From Klebsormidium nitens (Eukaryota > Plantae > Klebsormidiophyceae), in assembly GCA_000708835.1 (NCBI GenBank), contig DF236995.1:218551-282550 (forward strand): a stretch of 64,000 bases of DNA. The letters run 5' to 3'. Positions 38,525-51,524 of the stretch are shown here, one piece after another. Under the pieces are notes generated by a model. That model was not told where the DNA came from and did no database searches. It was given only the letters and a program-made list of their open reading frames with translations. How positions within the stretch are numbered: position 1 is the first letter of the stretch; every line of letters begins with the position of its first letter. The position numbers were made by a program, and so were the translations under genes.

Positions 38525-41500
38525 TTATAGTACGATCTCGTCCATGCTTTTCAATCTCGATGATGAAAGCAAATGTTCTAGCTTCGCTCGAACGGCCTTC
38601 ATGACGACCTGCATCGGAGCAAGTTATTTTCAGATGGGGTAATGGCTGTGCCACGGACTTTCGATCATCAAAGAACTCAAAGGTCGGCTATTCGGGTACA
38701 GTAGTAGCTGAAGAAGACTCAAGTCGACAAAAACCGTTTCGTTCGCATCAAAACTCTCGAAGCGTTTGATAAACCTTATTTCATAAGTAACAATCACAGC
38801 AATGAAGGAGATCGATTTTTGAGTCCGTTTGTGAGAACGATTTTTGAGTCCGTTTGTGAGAACCTTTGGTCAAATCGGAAACCCTGCCTTGGTAGAGTCT
38901 GTGCGACTTGAAAAGCAAAGCAACTTCTGCTCCAAGTCTTCGTGGCCATATCAGATCGAACTAAAATTCTGATTCAGGCCATAGCCTTTGCTTCCCTCTT
39001 GTTGATAATAGAACGCCTAATTGAAAATTTTCTCGAATGTGCCAAGAAATTTTGGAAGAACTCACATTGAACTCCATGTAAGACGCCCGCATCCTGAGCC
39101 ACTCGGCATCCAGCAGCAGGAAAGCCCTCACGTAAAGAGCGTCGAAAGCCGAGTCATCGTCTGCATAGCGAGAGACGACGAGAGTCCGTGAGTTCCTTGC
39201 AATCTGACAAACGACCGACTCTGCTTGGAGAACAGTAGTGGAAGCGGTCCATGAGCCGTCTCCTTATCTCGAGTCGACATCGACAGGGCTTACACGAGTA
39301 GTGAGGGCTTCAACGTGTGAGGGCTTCCTACGACTGAGCGGTTTTGTTGTTTCTTAGCGGACTTTTGCGCTGGTAAGCAATGGCCGTGCCGGACGAAAGG
39401 ACCTGAAGGGCGGAACATATTGCAATCGTTCCGCCATATGGTTACTTCAAATTACGGAGTGCCACGAGATGGCCAAAAAGCTGGTGATTAGACGCCAACT
39501 CAAGAAGAGAGCTCCTCGACAGATCAGCGCTTGTTCGACATGCCCAAAGGGAAGCAAACAGGCCCCCTGCTTTCTGTGCTGAGAGAATCGGAAGCCAATG
39601 ACCATGGAAAAGAGCAGCAAGCTGGCTTGCTTCTAAGCTTGCCCCTGTCCACATCTGTGACAATACATGCAACACTGACCTTCAAGAAAGCGCAAGAAGC
39701 CCCGCCCTGGCGCGCTCCTGGGAACTCCGTCCTCTGCAGAATAAAGGAAACGCCAATCATGCACTGCGAAGGACACGGCAATGAAGGCAAAGCGGGTCCT
39801 AATGCCTGCCGCATTTTAACCGCCTGTTCAAAGTAGTAGGCCCCTCTCTGCCTTAGCTTCTTGTGCAACGTGTCGGAAAATCATACTGCTTGTGATATTC
39901 TGATCTTGTGTTGTGATACCTTTTATCCTGAGAGCCGGATTGAAGACGTTCCGAGGCAGAAACACGTTCAAAGCTGACCTCGTATTTCAAGCAGCAAAAC
40001 CGAGAAAGGGCGGTTCTCGTCTTCTCGTATCGACCGAGCTCTATCGAGGCGGGAGCGAAAGTCACATGGGACTGGTGTGAAGCCTTTTCGTCAAGAGCGC
40101 AGAAAATCAATTCGAAAACGCTCGTGGCTTCGTCACACGCGTTGTGAGGACTCCCGCAACGTAGCCAACCTCCAATCCATTTCTGCTCACTTCGGAGGAG
40201 CCCGACGATAAAATCTCCATAATAATTCAACCACCGAGCAAACCAAGAAAGTCACTGGGGCTGTTCACAGTCCGACAACAGAAAGGCAGGACGCTAGTGC
40301 AAAGCATCCGTTCATGGCACAAGCCAATCACGGACCTGCTTTCAAGTCGAGGAGATCGACCAGCATGAAGGAGAGGTTCAAGCCCGCCACGGCGAAAGGG
40401 TACTCCCACTGCGCACGCTCCCCGTCCTCCTTCTTCAGCAAGCGTTGAAAGTCCCTCTGCAAAAAAAAGAGGCCACCCTGAGCAAGTGGACTAAGAAAAA
40501 CATCGATTGAAGGGTCATCTGGTGCCAGAAGCTTCCCGGACCATTCGACTACAATCTCGGAGAAGTTTCCAAGCCCCAATTCAACCCCTGCTTCTGCCGG
40601 CTTGCGCTTGCCACCCAAGAATCAGCTGATTGGCTCGTAGTGGCCTTGAAACCGCTCACTGAACACCACTCAAACGAATCACCGTACCCCCGTATCACTG
40701 ATCAGTGGCCCTCTACCAAAGGTGAGGAATTTCAGAGAGGCGGACCCGAGGACCGGGAACTCACCGGGTGCTTCTCCGCGAAGTACAGCAGGTTCTCCAA
40801 CGAGATGAATCCTCCGCCCCTGCAAATGGAGAGCCGGACGTGAGCCTTCCAAACATTTGTCGTAAGCCATCCGAACACATTTTGAGATCGAAGCTGTCTC
40901 AACGGGAACTCGTTCCTTTTGTTGATAAAGTGCGGCACTTAGCTTTCCATTTTTCTAAGGACCAGGGTATTCCGGCAATCGACCGCCTCCCGTCCTACAC
41001 TGTACAAGGTCCACCCATTCGTGCGTTCACATTTCCAAGCCAGAAAAAGATGTCGCATATCTTGTGCCAGTGCCCAAGGCTTGGCCAAATTAGACTCCAC
41101 TCTCCATAGCGTTCCACTCACGGGACATAATATGAAGATCGGTAAGGGGTTCGAGGGAATTACATCGAACTCAAAAAGCAATCACAGAGAACGAAAAAAC
41201 GATCGAATAAGGGGTTCCAGGAATTAAATCAATCTCAAAAACCAAGGACAGAACGAACAGACAATCTGCTCACCGGAAGTCGGTCGAAGGGTCCGTCCCC
41301 TGCCACCCCATCTCCTTCCACTGCTCTGACACCATGCCCGTCAGCTGCTGATGCGGGTATGCTAACCGCCACAGCTTTTGAAGGGCCTCTTGGTGTGACG
41401 GACTTGTGCTGCTGAATGGAACGCTCGCCCGTGCTCGCAACCGCTCAAACCTCTCAACCTGCGGCCATTCAGTGCCTGCTCAGTTCTGACGTATCGTGAA

Positions 41501-42989
41501 GCGTTGACAAGCTTGGAGAGCCCCTACCTCAGTTGCTCGTCATACCGTTCGAAGGGGGTCAACGGGATCGATACATCAAGCCTCCCAAAGAAGGCTTAAT
41601 TACATGTCACGATTCTTGGACTTTCCTACACAGGCTGCAAAGTCTTAGAGGAGTGGAAGGAGGCCCAGACATGCAGAATTGGCATTTGTCAGATTGGTTT
41701 AAGAGAGAGCTGTCAGGCAAACTGCCAAGGCACAAGGGCTTTTGAAAGTCGTGGTGGTGGTTCGACTCAGGTAGAGATTCTCTGACCTGAATGGGCGATA
41801 GTTTTGGAGGCGGCAATTGGCCACTGGTTGATGACGGCTGGAACAGACCAAACAACTTCCTTCCGATGTAGTTCAAGAAGCTTCCGAAGGCCCCAGGCAA
41901 CATCTCTGCAAGGCAATCAGACTCGGAATCATCCGTATGAATTGATGTAGGCAGAGCATGAGAATGAGAATGAGCACTGGACAATCTTTGACGTCTTACA
42001 GTCCATTCAGTTGTTGACCTTTGAAACAACCCCGAAAAGTGGCCCAATAGCTCTGACTCGCAACAATACATACTGCGATGATGCTCACCTATCCATGTTA
42101 TCCACTTGAGTAGGACTGTCGCAAAGTTGTCCTGCCACCACCGGCTTGCGGCTGCATGTTCCCTTGATGTCTTGTGGGTATCATCTTCTTCGGCGTCCGC
42201 ACTCCTCGTCGAGACTGGCTCATACGCCTGTCAGAAACCAACGAAGATCTTCTGAGCAATGTCTTCCGACCAGGTTGAGTTTCTCGTCGCCCTCAAGTTC
42301 AGCAGGCCAATGTGTTATAAGTGCGCGGACAATCTTCAGTCTCAAGCTGGTCCAGAGGTCCAAGATGCAACATGTGTCAACACATTGAAGCTCTACTGAT
42401 GAAAGGTTATCAATGTTGTATCAAGCCTGTGCGGACTAGAAGCAATGCAGCGAGCGGTCGGCAATAGAACCCACGAGAAACTAACGCGTTCTGACGCCCA
42501 ATTGCCCAAAACTTGCACTCCTTTCCCTGACTGAAAACATTGTGATGTTGAAGCTGTAAACAGAACAAATGAGTCATGCTGGAAGATTTTCAGAATGAGA
42601 TCCATCTAGAATTAGGGGTTCGAAAATTGAGAGGCTTTTCTTGATTGCGAAGCAATCGCTGCGATACCCAGTCAGAATTGCATCCATCAGTGCTAGTCAC
42701 TGGGGCACTCCCATGGTCAACCGCTCGCCCTCTGAAGCAAGTAGCTGGATAAGAGTGTACAAAGTGACAGCAATCACAGTTTGTCAAATGGAGTAGAACC
42801 AGCAGCACTTTCTAGGATTAGAAACTTGAGGATTTTGCTGCGCCTTGCGTGCCAGAACCTCACCCTTCTTGCTGAGCCATACCAAACGTCCTCTCCAAGG
42901 TCTGCATCTTCTTCTTCTGACAGCAGAGGCTTCCTAAGCTGGGAGGCCTCATCCTCGTGCCGTCCGCGCCTCCGCATGTTTGCACTCAT
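38525..42989 (-). CDS. ELMO/CED-12 domain protein (plant ELMOD-like Arf GAP)
   Basis: Exons encode HQEALQKLWRLAYP..WKEMGWQGTDPSTDFR (41458-41274), GGGFISLENLLYFAEKHP, FQRLLKKEDGERAQWEYPFAVAGLNLSFML, GRGFLRFLE, DDSAFDALYVRAFLLLDAEWLRMRASYMEFN and VVMKAVRAKLEHLL..* (38608-38525). Confidence 0.93.
38813..38863. repeat. Perfect 25-bp tandem duplication in the last ELMO intron
   Basis: CGATTTTTGAGTCCGTTTGTGAGAA x2. Confidence 0.95.
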
Positions 42990-43337
42990 TGCTGCCCCTA
43001 CTAGATCGTCCTGCTTCTGGCCGAGAGTGCTTGTGCGTCAATTGCTTTGAAAGGAAGGCCAGCTAAGCTTTTAGTCCAGACGGGCCGTATTAATCAGCTG
43101 CACCTTGAAAGAGACGTGGCCGAACCAGAGAGAATCAACTTCATACCACAATTAATCAACCAGCGCAAGACCCACCTGCTTGACAGATGTGGAAAGCAGT
43201 GAGGGAAGCGACAATCTTCAAACCACCTAAGGACGCCTTGCTCTTCTCTTCTGGCCCAACTCCTCCTGTTCTGCTGCTCACAACGACACTGTGGAATTTT
43301 GACTCTGGAGCAGTGGAGGACTCCTGAGCAGTGAGGA

Positions 43338-43917
43338 CCCCTTGCATGAATAGGTATCAAGTTTACGACGCCCAAGGCTACGACGCCCAAACTTGGTCAC
43401 GATTTGGTACAGGCTGACGTGCCACTGCTTTTGCCAGCATGGCCCACTTGAACCCTCCGATCGATAATGGATGTCATCTGACGGTTGAAGGCTGGACCCT
43501 CACCGCGCGCTGTTCTGTACCGGGGGGAGCAACAATTTCAAGGCAAAATCGCTAAACACTACGGCCCGGTGAATTCGGCAGTACTTACCGCGGTTGACTC
43601 AAGCGCCTGGTACGCAATCCTCCAGGCTCGGTGGACACCTCCAATCTCCCGGGATGTTTGTTTTTGGCCCGCAACTCGTGTACGTTGTACGACCGGCGCC
43701 ACTTTGCGGAGCACCAACTACTGGTCGGATGACTGGCCTCTGCCAAGACCGGCCACCGCTGAAACGCTGCGACCTCCACCCGAGTGCCCCAATTTGATGT
43801 CCACGGAGAGAGGGGGGATCCTTCGCCCAATCGCAGCAGATTTTCAAAATCGTACCTACTTTTGGGCAACGTAGCCTTGGGCGTCGTAAACTTGCATGAT
43901 ATCTATTTGCATGAGGG
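43338..43917. mobile_element. Putative MITE / foldback element (~580 bp) with terminal inverted repeats
   Basis: 43359-43391 is the reverse complement of 43861-43893 at 31/33 nt, and weaker similarity extends outward ~20 nt. No clear target-site duplication. Confidence 0.55.
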
Positions 43918-44626
43918 AGTGACGAACCCACGGAAGTTTGGACTCTCGGAAGCAATCGAAGCCGTCGATCTTTATTTTTAGACAATCGAAGCCGTCGAAG
44001 TTCGGGAGCTTCGACCCTGTGCAGTTACTGGTCCCATCGCCTGCTGTGGTCCTCAAAATGCCTCTCCGCTTGAGCTCAGGCTTCTGGTCATCTGCTTGAA
44101 AGTCCTGTCCGGTAGACTGGACGGATTATCATGCTTCGAGATTGTTCAACGCTTTTCAAGGCGAACGCTCAAATGCTAGGCCGGTATTCTGACGTCTTGA
44201 AAGGTTGTGACACGTCCTTTATGCCGGTCATTTTCCTCTTTCTTGAACCTTGTATTGAGCTCCTGCAGGAGCGGGCTGTATGATTGCAACAATACAAGCT
44301 GTTTGACTCATTTTTCGAGGAGTTAGTCAGTTTAAGTTGATGTTTTGGGACTAATCCAGGACTAATCCTTGAGCAAGCTGCATATTCGGTCTGCGAATGC
44401 AGAGCAACAGGCTGCCGGTCAAGCACCATCTTCTCACCAGATATATAAGGCTTGATAGCTACGAGCATCAGAACACTTCATGACGGAATGTCTCATGACA
44501 AGGCCCGGGGGTGTGGTGTTTCTTGGTCCAAGAGAAAACTGCTGAGCAAGTCAGATTCGGGCTGCATGCCAGACTGTATTCTCTTCTGCTCGGTATGGTC
44601 GAAGTTATCTGCAATTGAAGGGCACA

Positions 44627-47571
44627 ATGTCCGGTAGAAGTGCGCATCTGCATCATAAGATGCTCCGTGCAATCAGAGAAAAGGTGAGCTTTTTAGCACG
44701 CTACCAATCTCATGTAGATGTGGACCATTCCAATTGAGGTAGTTTCGAGGCCACGATATAGACAATACTTCCCAATTGATGCTTGAGATTTGAATGTTTG
44801 AGATTGTTTGACTTCAAACTGGTTTTTCAACGTTTACTTGGACCTTCCACCATAAGCGGAGGGACTCCATGCCTGTTTCACCAACACAGCTCGACCACGA
44901 AGTAGAACCTTTTGACAAACTCTTGTGCAGGTCCGCATCAAAGAATGGCTGAATATGTTCCTTCGATTGAAACGAAGAAGCACTGCTGTCAGGGCAGAGA
45001 GGCGGACTGAGCTGCTGTACCAAAAGCTAGCCTTTTTCAAGCCTATTGTTGATGCTGTGGAGCAGGCGGTCTTAGGACTGCGCGACGCATCTGATGGTAA
45101 TTTGCAGCCTTCTTTGCACACGTGGTCGTCTGGCACCTGCAGACAAGGTGATTTGGACTTGGCCTACCGTCCGAGCTGTCAAGAAAGTGATGCGGACAAA
45201 GTGTGCAGCTTAAAAAAGTAATTGCTTGCAGGGGGTATATTTTGGTCCCTGTTTCTGTTAACCTCTTAGCTTGCTTAGTGAGCCAAAATTGCTGTCCTAG
45301 TTGACTTGCTGGGAAAGAACCATTTTAGTGCTCTCAAACAAGCTTATAGGACGAAGCAGAATGCAGACTACTTGGACCAGATCAATCAACTTTTATGGAG
45401 CATACGTCCATAGGAACAAAAGAGAATCAGTCGAGTGAATGAGGTTCTGCTAATCCCTCGTGCAGACTTTCTGAACTGCACGCACAAAACGCTGAATTCA
45501 GTGAGGTTTGTTGATTCAACAAACGACGAGGCTGCAGCCGACGCAGTTTACGGGGAGCCAGTTGGCAAAGCAAACGCTGATGACGACCAAGAAGATGCCC
45601 TCCCTGAAGCAGAAGGACATGGACAAGGGAGGTCGACTGTTTCAAAGACGGAAAATGACAACAGAGCCCGAAGTCCGACAGGACCACCTCCTTCCTTCGG
45701 TTCACAGATGGATCTGGTACGGTCTTTACCGACATTTGGCGCGTTCTTCCCTTCCGAGCACGCTGCCCTCGATTGTACCAAACGGCTAACACTCAAACAA
45801 CCTTGTCTCTCAACGTCAGCATACACTAGTAATCCTAGATTCTTGTTTAAAGGACTTGTTGCGTCGTACAGGACCTTGTCCGGTGGGAGCTGGATTCAGC
45901 CACCATGAGAAGTGTGATCATCCCAATTGCAAGATGGAAAGGCTCATTCGAAGACCTTCAGGTGAGGAGATGGATCCGTTCTCATTGAATTTAACCTTCA
46001 AGGGGCACCATCAATTATGTTCCGTGGTTCTCTTTCTGTAGAATCCGTTACTGGCTGTCAATTGTGAATCACATGGAAACTAGCAGCCAGATGCTGAGTC
46101 TCTCATCCGGGGCGCACGTTCAAATGACATGTGATTTAGAGACTTTCTTCTCGGACAGGATCGCATGGCAAGTCTTTTGCGCTACGAGAAAGAGTTCGAG
46201 ATGCGAAGAACGCAAGTCCGACGCTACGACACGCTGGTAGAGAACGCAAGGAAACGGTACCTAGATACGGAAAAGGACAGCGACGGACGAAAGCTCCAAC
46301 AAGTGGCCAAGGTATGGAAGCACGGTTTTTCCCGATCTCGAGTCCCATGAACGGTGGAAATTTCCTGCTTGATCAAATACCGAAGATATCTCGTCGGCCG
46401 GTGGTCACAAATGTCCTTCCCTGCTTGTACTGATATGTCTTCTCATCACAGATCATGCGGCGCAAGGAGATCAAGTTCGAAGCTAGCAAAGTGGTAAGCT
46501 GATCAACAGTCAAAGGAACGCTCACCTCTCGGGAAGCGGTCGGCAGGGGCCAGCTCAGCTGTCTTGTTGATTGAGGGAGGTTTCAGCAGAAAATGTCCTG
46601 CCAATCTGGTTTTTAGGAAGCCCACGGATTCCTTCTCATTCTCGAGTCAATCGTTGCTCTCCAATGCTTAATATTACATACAAACAGCTTATCGGTGCTC
46701 GTGTTATCAGCTAAGATTTCTGTATTGTAGCCTTTCATATTTGAGTTGGCCATGTCATCCGATCTACCGGGATTCATTTGCGCAGGCTTTCGAGATCATG
46801 GAGCAGGACCTCTTTGACACCCAACAGCAGCTTCTTGGCGACTGCAGAGAGTTTCGCACGTACCTCGAGAAAGTGAGTTTTGTAGGCCATTCCGACATCA
46901 AGCACTGTCAGACGCTTCGCTTTGAAGAAGATGCCTTCGCTTCATTCGAAACTTCAACGGGTTTTGTGGACACTTCAGCCGAACAGACGGGTTGACTGGT
47001 GCTGATGGAGGTCGCGGTTCGCTTGCAGATGGTCACTCTGCAACGCGAGGCCTTCTGCGCCGCTGCCACGTCTCTCGGCATCGCTCCCGCTGCTTCGGCC
47101 TCCCCTTCCCATGCGAGTGGAGGCCACACCGACGGTCCCGCAACCGATTCCTCACTCGACATTACCAGAACGCCCTCCTCGCGTGCATCCCTTCCGCCGC
47201 TGCCCCCGACGTCGGCAGCTTCTGCAACCAGAAAGGCATCTTTCCGCGCCGCGTTCGAGGATCTGGAGAAGAGTGAGTCATCTTCAGGGCACGTGATTGT
47301 CGGAGGCAGAGTGCTGATTCTTCACGAGGAGCGACATCGGGAGGCGGAGTCCGCGGCGTCTTGCGCGAACGAGCTTCCAGCTAAGCCAGATGCTGAGGGA
47401 TCCCCCGTCCTCTCGAGAGGGTCCCCGTCTCAAACTAGCCGCAAGGACGGGACGCTGCCTCGATCACCCCTGTCAGAAGTAAAGGGTGGCCGCGAGGGGA
47501 CCAGAAAGAAGCAGATGCCCGCTGCGGACGGCAAGGAGAATGTGGAGAGGATTGTTGACGGAAAAGCTTAG
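44627..47571 (+). CDS. Multi-exon coiled-coil protein, possibly BAR/AH-like, with disordered C-terminus
   Basis: Spliceable exons MSGRSAHLHHKMLRAIREK / VRIKEWLNMFLRLKRR.. / ..LLRYEKEFEMRRTQVRRYDTLVENARKRYLDTEK.. / IMRRKEIKFEASKV / AFEIMEQDLFDTQQQLL.. / MVTLQREAF..DGKA*. The fold assignment and start codon are inferred. Confidence 0.6.
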
Positions 47572-48430
47572 AGGCGCGGAAGAGAGGACGCAGTTGTCAT
47601 TGTTGATTGGAAGAATTTTGGAGACAAGAGAACGTGCTGATAATGTTTGGCAGTCCTTCTATTAAGTGGTATGCAATATCGTGAAGAATTTGCCGTTCAA
47701 TCACGTCACATTGTTTCTGCTCAGGGGTCTGGATGATTTGGAACCAGTATTATCCCGCATAAATACGCGGTTCATCAACTCAGCTCGCAGGAGTTGATGC
47801 CTGAAACTCGTGCCGTGCTCATTTGATTCATTGCGTGCAAACTAACGCGACGCCGAAACAGTACACAAAGCCCTTCCGCTTCCCAGGTTTAACAAGCTTG
47901 CGCTAAGGGCATATAATAAAGCTGCAGATTGAATTATTTTCATGCCGTCGGAATAATTGTTGGCCGTGCAATGTCCTCGTCCACGAAGTTTCACGACGTG
48001 CTTTGCTTGCAGAGTGCCATCTTAGTGACGTGCTTGAGAATTGAATTTCATATGTATTTCTTTTCCTATCCAGAATTCCTGTGGGCCGTTGCACCGCATG
48101 CTATCCTGCAATGATCCAATGATTCGTCCCAATTATTGCTCAAAGAATCCTTCTCTTTGGCCTGCCGCTCGACCGCAGCGGCCTCTGCTCAACTTGCCGT
48201 GCTTGACAGCCGCGGCCCCTCTTTTTACAACCATATTTTACTGAATGCAGATGTGCCTTTCAAGGCGCCAAACCGTTTCGTAACATGGATAGATAAAAGG
48301 GCATTTATATCAGCTCTGCGTGGTGCACAGCCACTGCACTTTAAAGGAGCTAATAATAGTTTGCAATACTCGAATGTATCTTCTGTGCCAGGCACTTCGA
48401 AAAGGGACTCTGGAACTAAGCTCCTGGTTC

Positions 48431-50231
48431 CTATTCGCATTTGCTACATACGGCAATCATATTCACGTATGCCCCAATGTTCTCTGTTAAGAATCTTCCG
48501 ACGGTCATCTTGCCACTTCTATCGACTGACTTGGTGTCATACTTGCAGTGCTTCTTGTGGGTCTTCCAGTGCAGCTTCTGATGTTCTTTGCTGCATCAAG
48601 AGATTACAACTCATAAGCGACAGGAGTCGCGAAATATGAGAATGGACATGGGAAAGAAATAGTTACTCATAGCAACTTTCCGGTGTCAGTACTATTAGAA
48701 CGTGGAGAAAACAGGGAGGGTCGAGATGTTATGGTAGGCCTGAAAGGCTCTCAGCGACGTTCCAAATACTCTTCTCGTAAGATAATCCTTTACCAGAAAC
48801 GATAAAGAGCGATCTCAAAACATCATCAACATAGAACATTGAGTGGTACATGCAGGCCGTTTCCAGAAATTAAATACAGCCCTAGTAGAAGCCCAGAAGC
48901 GAACGAATGGAATGCTAATGTTTCCTTCAGCATTGTTATTTCATATTTCAACAAGAGAGCGCGCGCTTGAGAAAAGGTTTCCGATGAAAACCTTGTCCAG
49001 TATCTGAGATAAAGACAAATCGCTTTTACATTCGAAGTTGCCTGTAAACAAATTTTCAACTATATTGGGTCACATAAGATCGATTTTGACAATGAAAGCA
49101 CGTTAAGCATTTGTTAAGCATTGATCAGGTAGTTTCTTACCAGCAGTAGAGAGCGAGTGAGCAGTCAGCGCACTTGCTAAAGGGCCTGCCAGCATTCAGG
49201 GCCGGACCAACGTCGCACAGCTCCCAGGAGCAAACCAAAGGCGTGTCAATGCGACCGGTTGCCCAAGATTTGGCAGATGGTTTTTGTAGACTCTTGCCAT
49301 GGAGGAATACCGCTTTCTTCATAAGCTTCAGATACTTATCTCGCAACTCTTTTGCTGTCTCCTTATCAGTCTCGGGGCTCCTCATCTGTTTGTCATTTGC
49401 AAGGAGTTGCTGTGCATGACCTGCAAGTATACTTCGGGACCGTGCTGATCCAGCATGATCGGGATTGCTGACTTTTGAACCTTGCAGCCCTTCCTGGAGA
49501 GAAACATCTCTCATAAGCAGTGTGTCAACAGCTGCGTGAACTCTCATCAAACCCTGGTCAAGAGCCCACTGTTGAGTTTCCTCCGAGAGTATGAATATGT
49601 TTATCAGCTGGATGATGTCAGGCAGAACACTTGAGAGAATCTTTGCTGGACACGAACCTGCAATGCCTATTGAAAGAAGGTGCTCAATGGCGGGGAACAG
49701 ATCCTGAAGCTCCTGCACTCCTCTACGAAATGCCTTCGAAGTTCTAGAAAGATTTACGAAGCCCCTGATCAGAGCGCTGGACAAAAGAGGGCCTCTCTTG
49801 TCGGTCTCCTCCACTTCCACTAGAGTCTTATAGGTGTTCATGAGTAAACCAGCAAGTTTTCTTGCTCTCTCCTCGTCTTGGACGCAGAAGCGTGCAACTA
49901 GTTGGTTCTCTGTAAGCGCCACCAAGGACAGGCAGGAAACCAGATCAAGCCAGAATTCTGTTGCTGAGCATTCTCTATGGTAACTCATACCAAGCACAAC
50001 TTCCAGTACTCTTGCCACAATCGCGCCGCGCTTGAACGCTAGGAGCTCCTGGAGCAATCTCGAGTGCTCAACCCTTGCAGAGGGGCTGTAATCTGTGGTC
50101 AGAAGGATCAGACGCTGGTCCAGCAGCCGTTTGGTTGCCGTCCAGACTACAACAGGATCATCGGAAAGTAGCTCCGAAGCGTATTCGTCTACAAGGTGCT
50201 CCATGCTTACAGTGTCTCTTTCTGAATCCAT
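48431..50231 (-). CDS. MYND-type zinc finger protein (copy 1)
   Basis: Exon 50231-49141 ends VCSWELC..FSKCADCSLALYC and splices to exon 48590-48431 CKEHQKLHWKTHKKHC, completing a MYND finger after a ~330 aa helical region. Confidence 0.88.
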
Positions 50232-51524
50232 CTGCGTGTCATCATGAGTTCTTCGCTTGCATGTCAGTCTAGACTGCAGACTTGTTCAGCAAGGGCTACC
50301 TAAGCGCAGCATCTACTTTCAGCAAGAGAAGAAAGATGTAGCGGACAGCGTACAAGAAGCTGGAAGAAGGCTGCCCGAGCAGCAGTCTGGCGCATCGCGC
50401 ATGCCACCTTCAAACGCTCTGGAAATTGCAGGCTGCAAACTCAGCCTCATGTCTCAGGATGAAGGCCTCAGAAAATTTCCGGTGCGCGGCGCGCAAGATA
50501 AGGCGTACCGCCTCGAAACGTCAGTCTTCCAGATTTCGATCAAGAAGTGCTCTGTAGAGGACTCCTCCCGGGCACTGTTCCTACCCGATCTTTCAAGCGC
50601 AGTGACCGGGGTTTGCTGCCCGGCAGAACCCCCAGGTGTGCTTCCTCTTCGAGATAGTGGCCCAAGTCACCCGAGGGATCCGTTCAGCTCAGTTGGTCAG
50701 AAAAGGTACTTCCAGACACTTCCAGACCACTGGTAGATTGGGCGGAAAACTCACTATCATGTGAATTTCGAAGGCCAGGACCGCTTCATTGTCGAACTCA
50801 GGTGTAGAAGCTGCGCAAAGACCCCACGCTTCGCCCCGGACATTTCAGCTCACATGCACTTGAGCGAGACCCCATTGGAAAATTCAAGTACGCCACACGC
50901 GGTTTCCGCTATTTACTAGCTGTTCCGCATCTGCTGTTGACTGCTGTCTGAGATCGCTTGTGGGATCGGAACATCATAAGTATCGCGGACTTATATCATG
51001 AAAACCAGGATACAAGAGAGCTTTCTTTCCACTACCCTTCATAATGGATAAAACGTAGGTTTAGATTCACTACGTACGTGCAGGGTAAGTTCAAGAGGCT
51101 TATCAAGTTTCAGCCAGTAACATGCATTGCCGCGAAAGCAGTCATGAGGACCGGATACCACAAACCTTCGATCCGTGGTCCGTCCAGCGGCGTGATTCTT
51201 CTGCAGATAAGTCTTCATAACGAGGCATGCGCATTTCTTCCAAGAATGATTCAAAGAGTCTCAGCCTGTCGGGACAATAAGAGCCTAACTCTGAGAGGCT
51301 CAGGCTCTTACGTAGCAGACAGCTTTGCACCTCTTGATTGAACTCCTTACCAGAAAGCCGCAAAACCCTTCATGGGCGCTATGGCAATATCCAATTTATT
51401 GACTTCGTCTTTCGCGCGCTTACACGTATGAGATGTCGAGATCAATATGACAGTTTCACAGGACTGATCTGGGCGCACTTCCGCTCCTGGATCCTACGCC
51501 CACTGAAAGCTGACTGAAAGGTTC

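Noticed and set aside
39122-39327. AAGCCCTCAC / GTGAGGGCTT inverted repeat as a MITE
   Set aside because: The left arm lies within an ELMO coding exon and the match is only 10 bp; likely chance.
43485-43985. Overlapping ~128-aa ORFs, one with PGDWRCP (RanBP2 finger-like)
   Set aside because: The remaining Cys of the finger are absent, ORFs occur on both strands, and they lie inside the inverted-repeat element.
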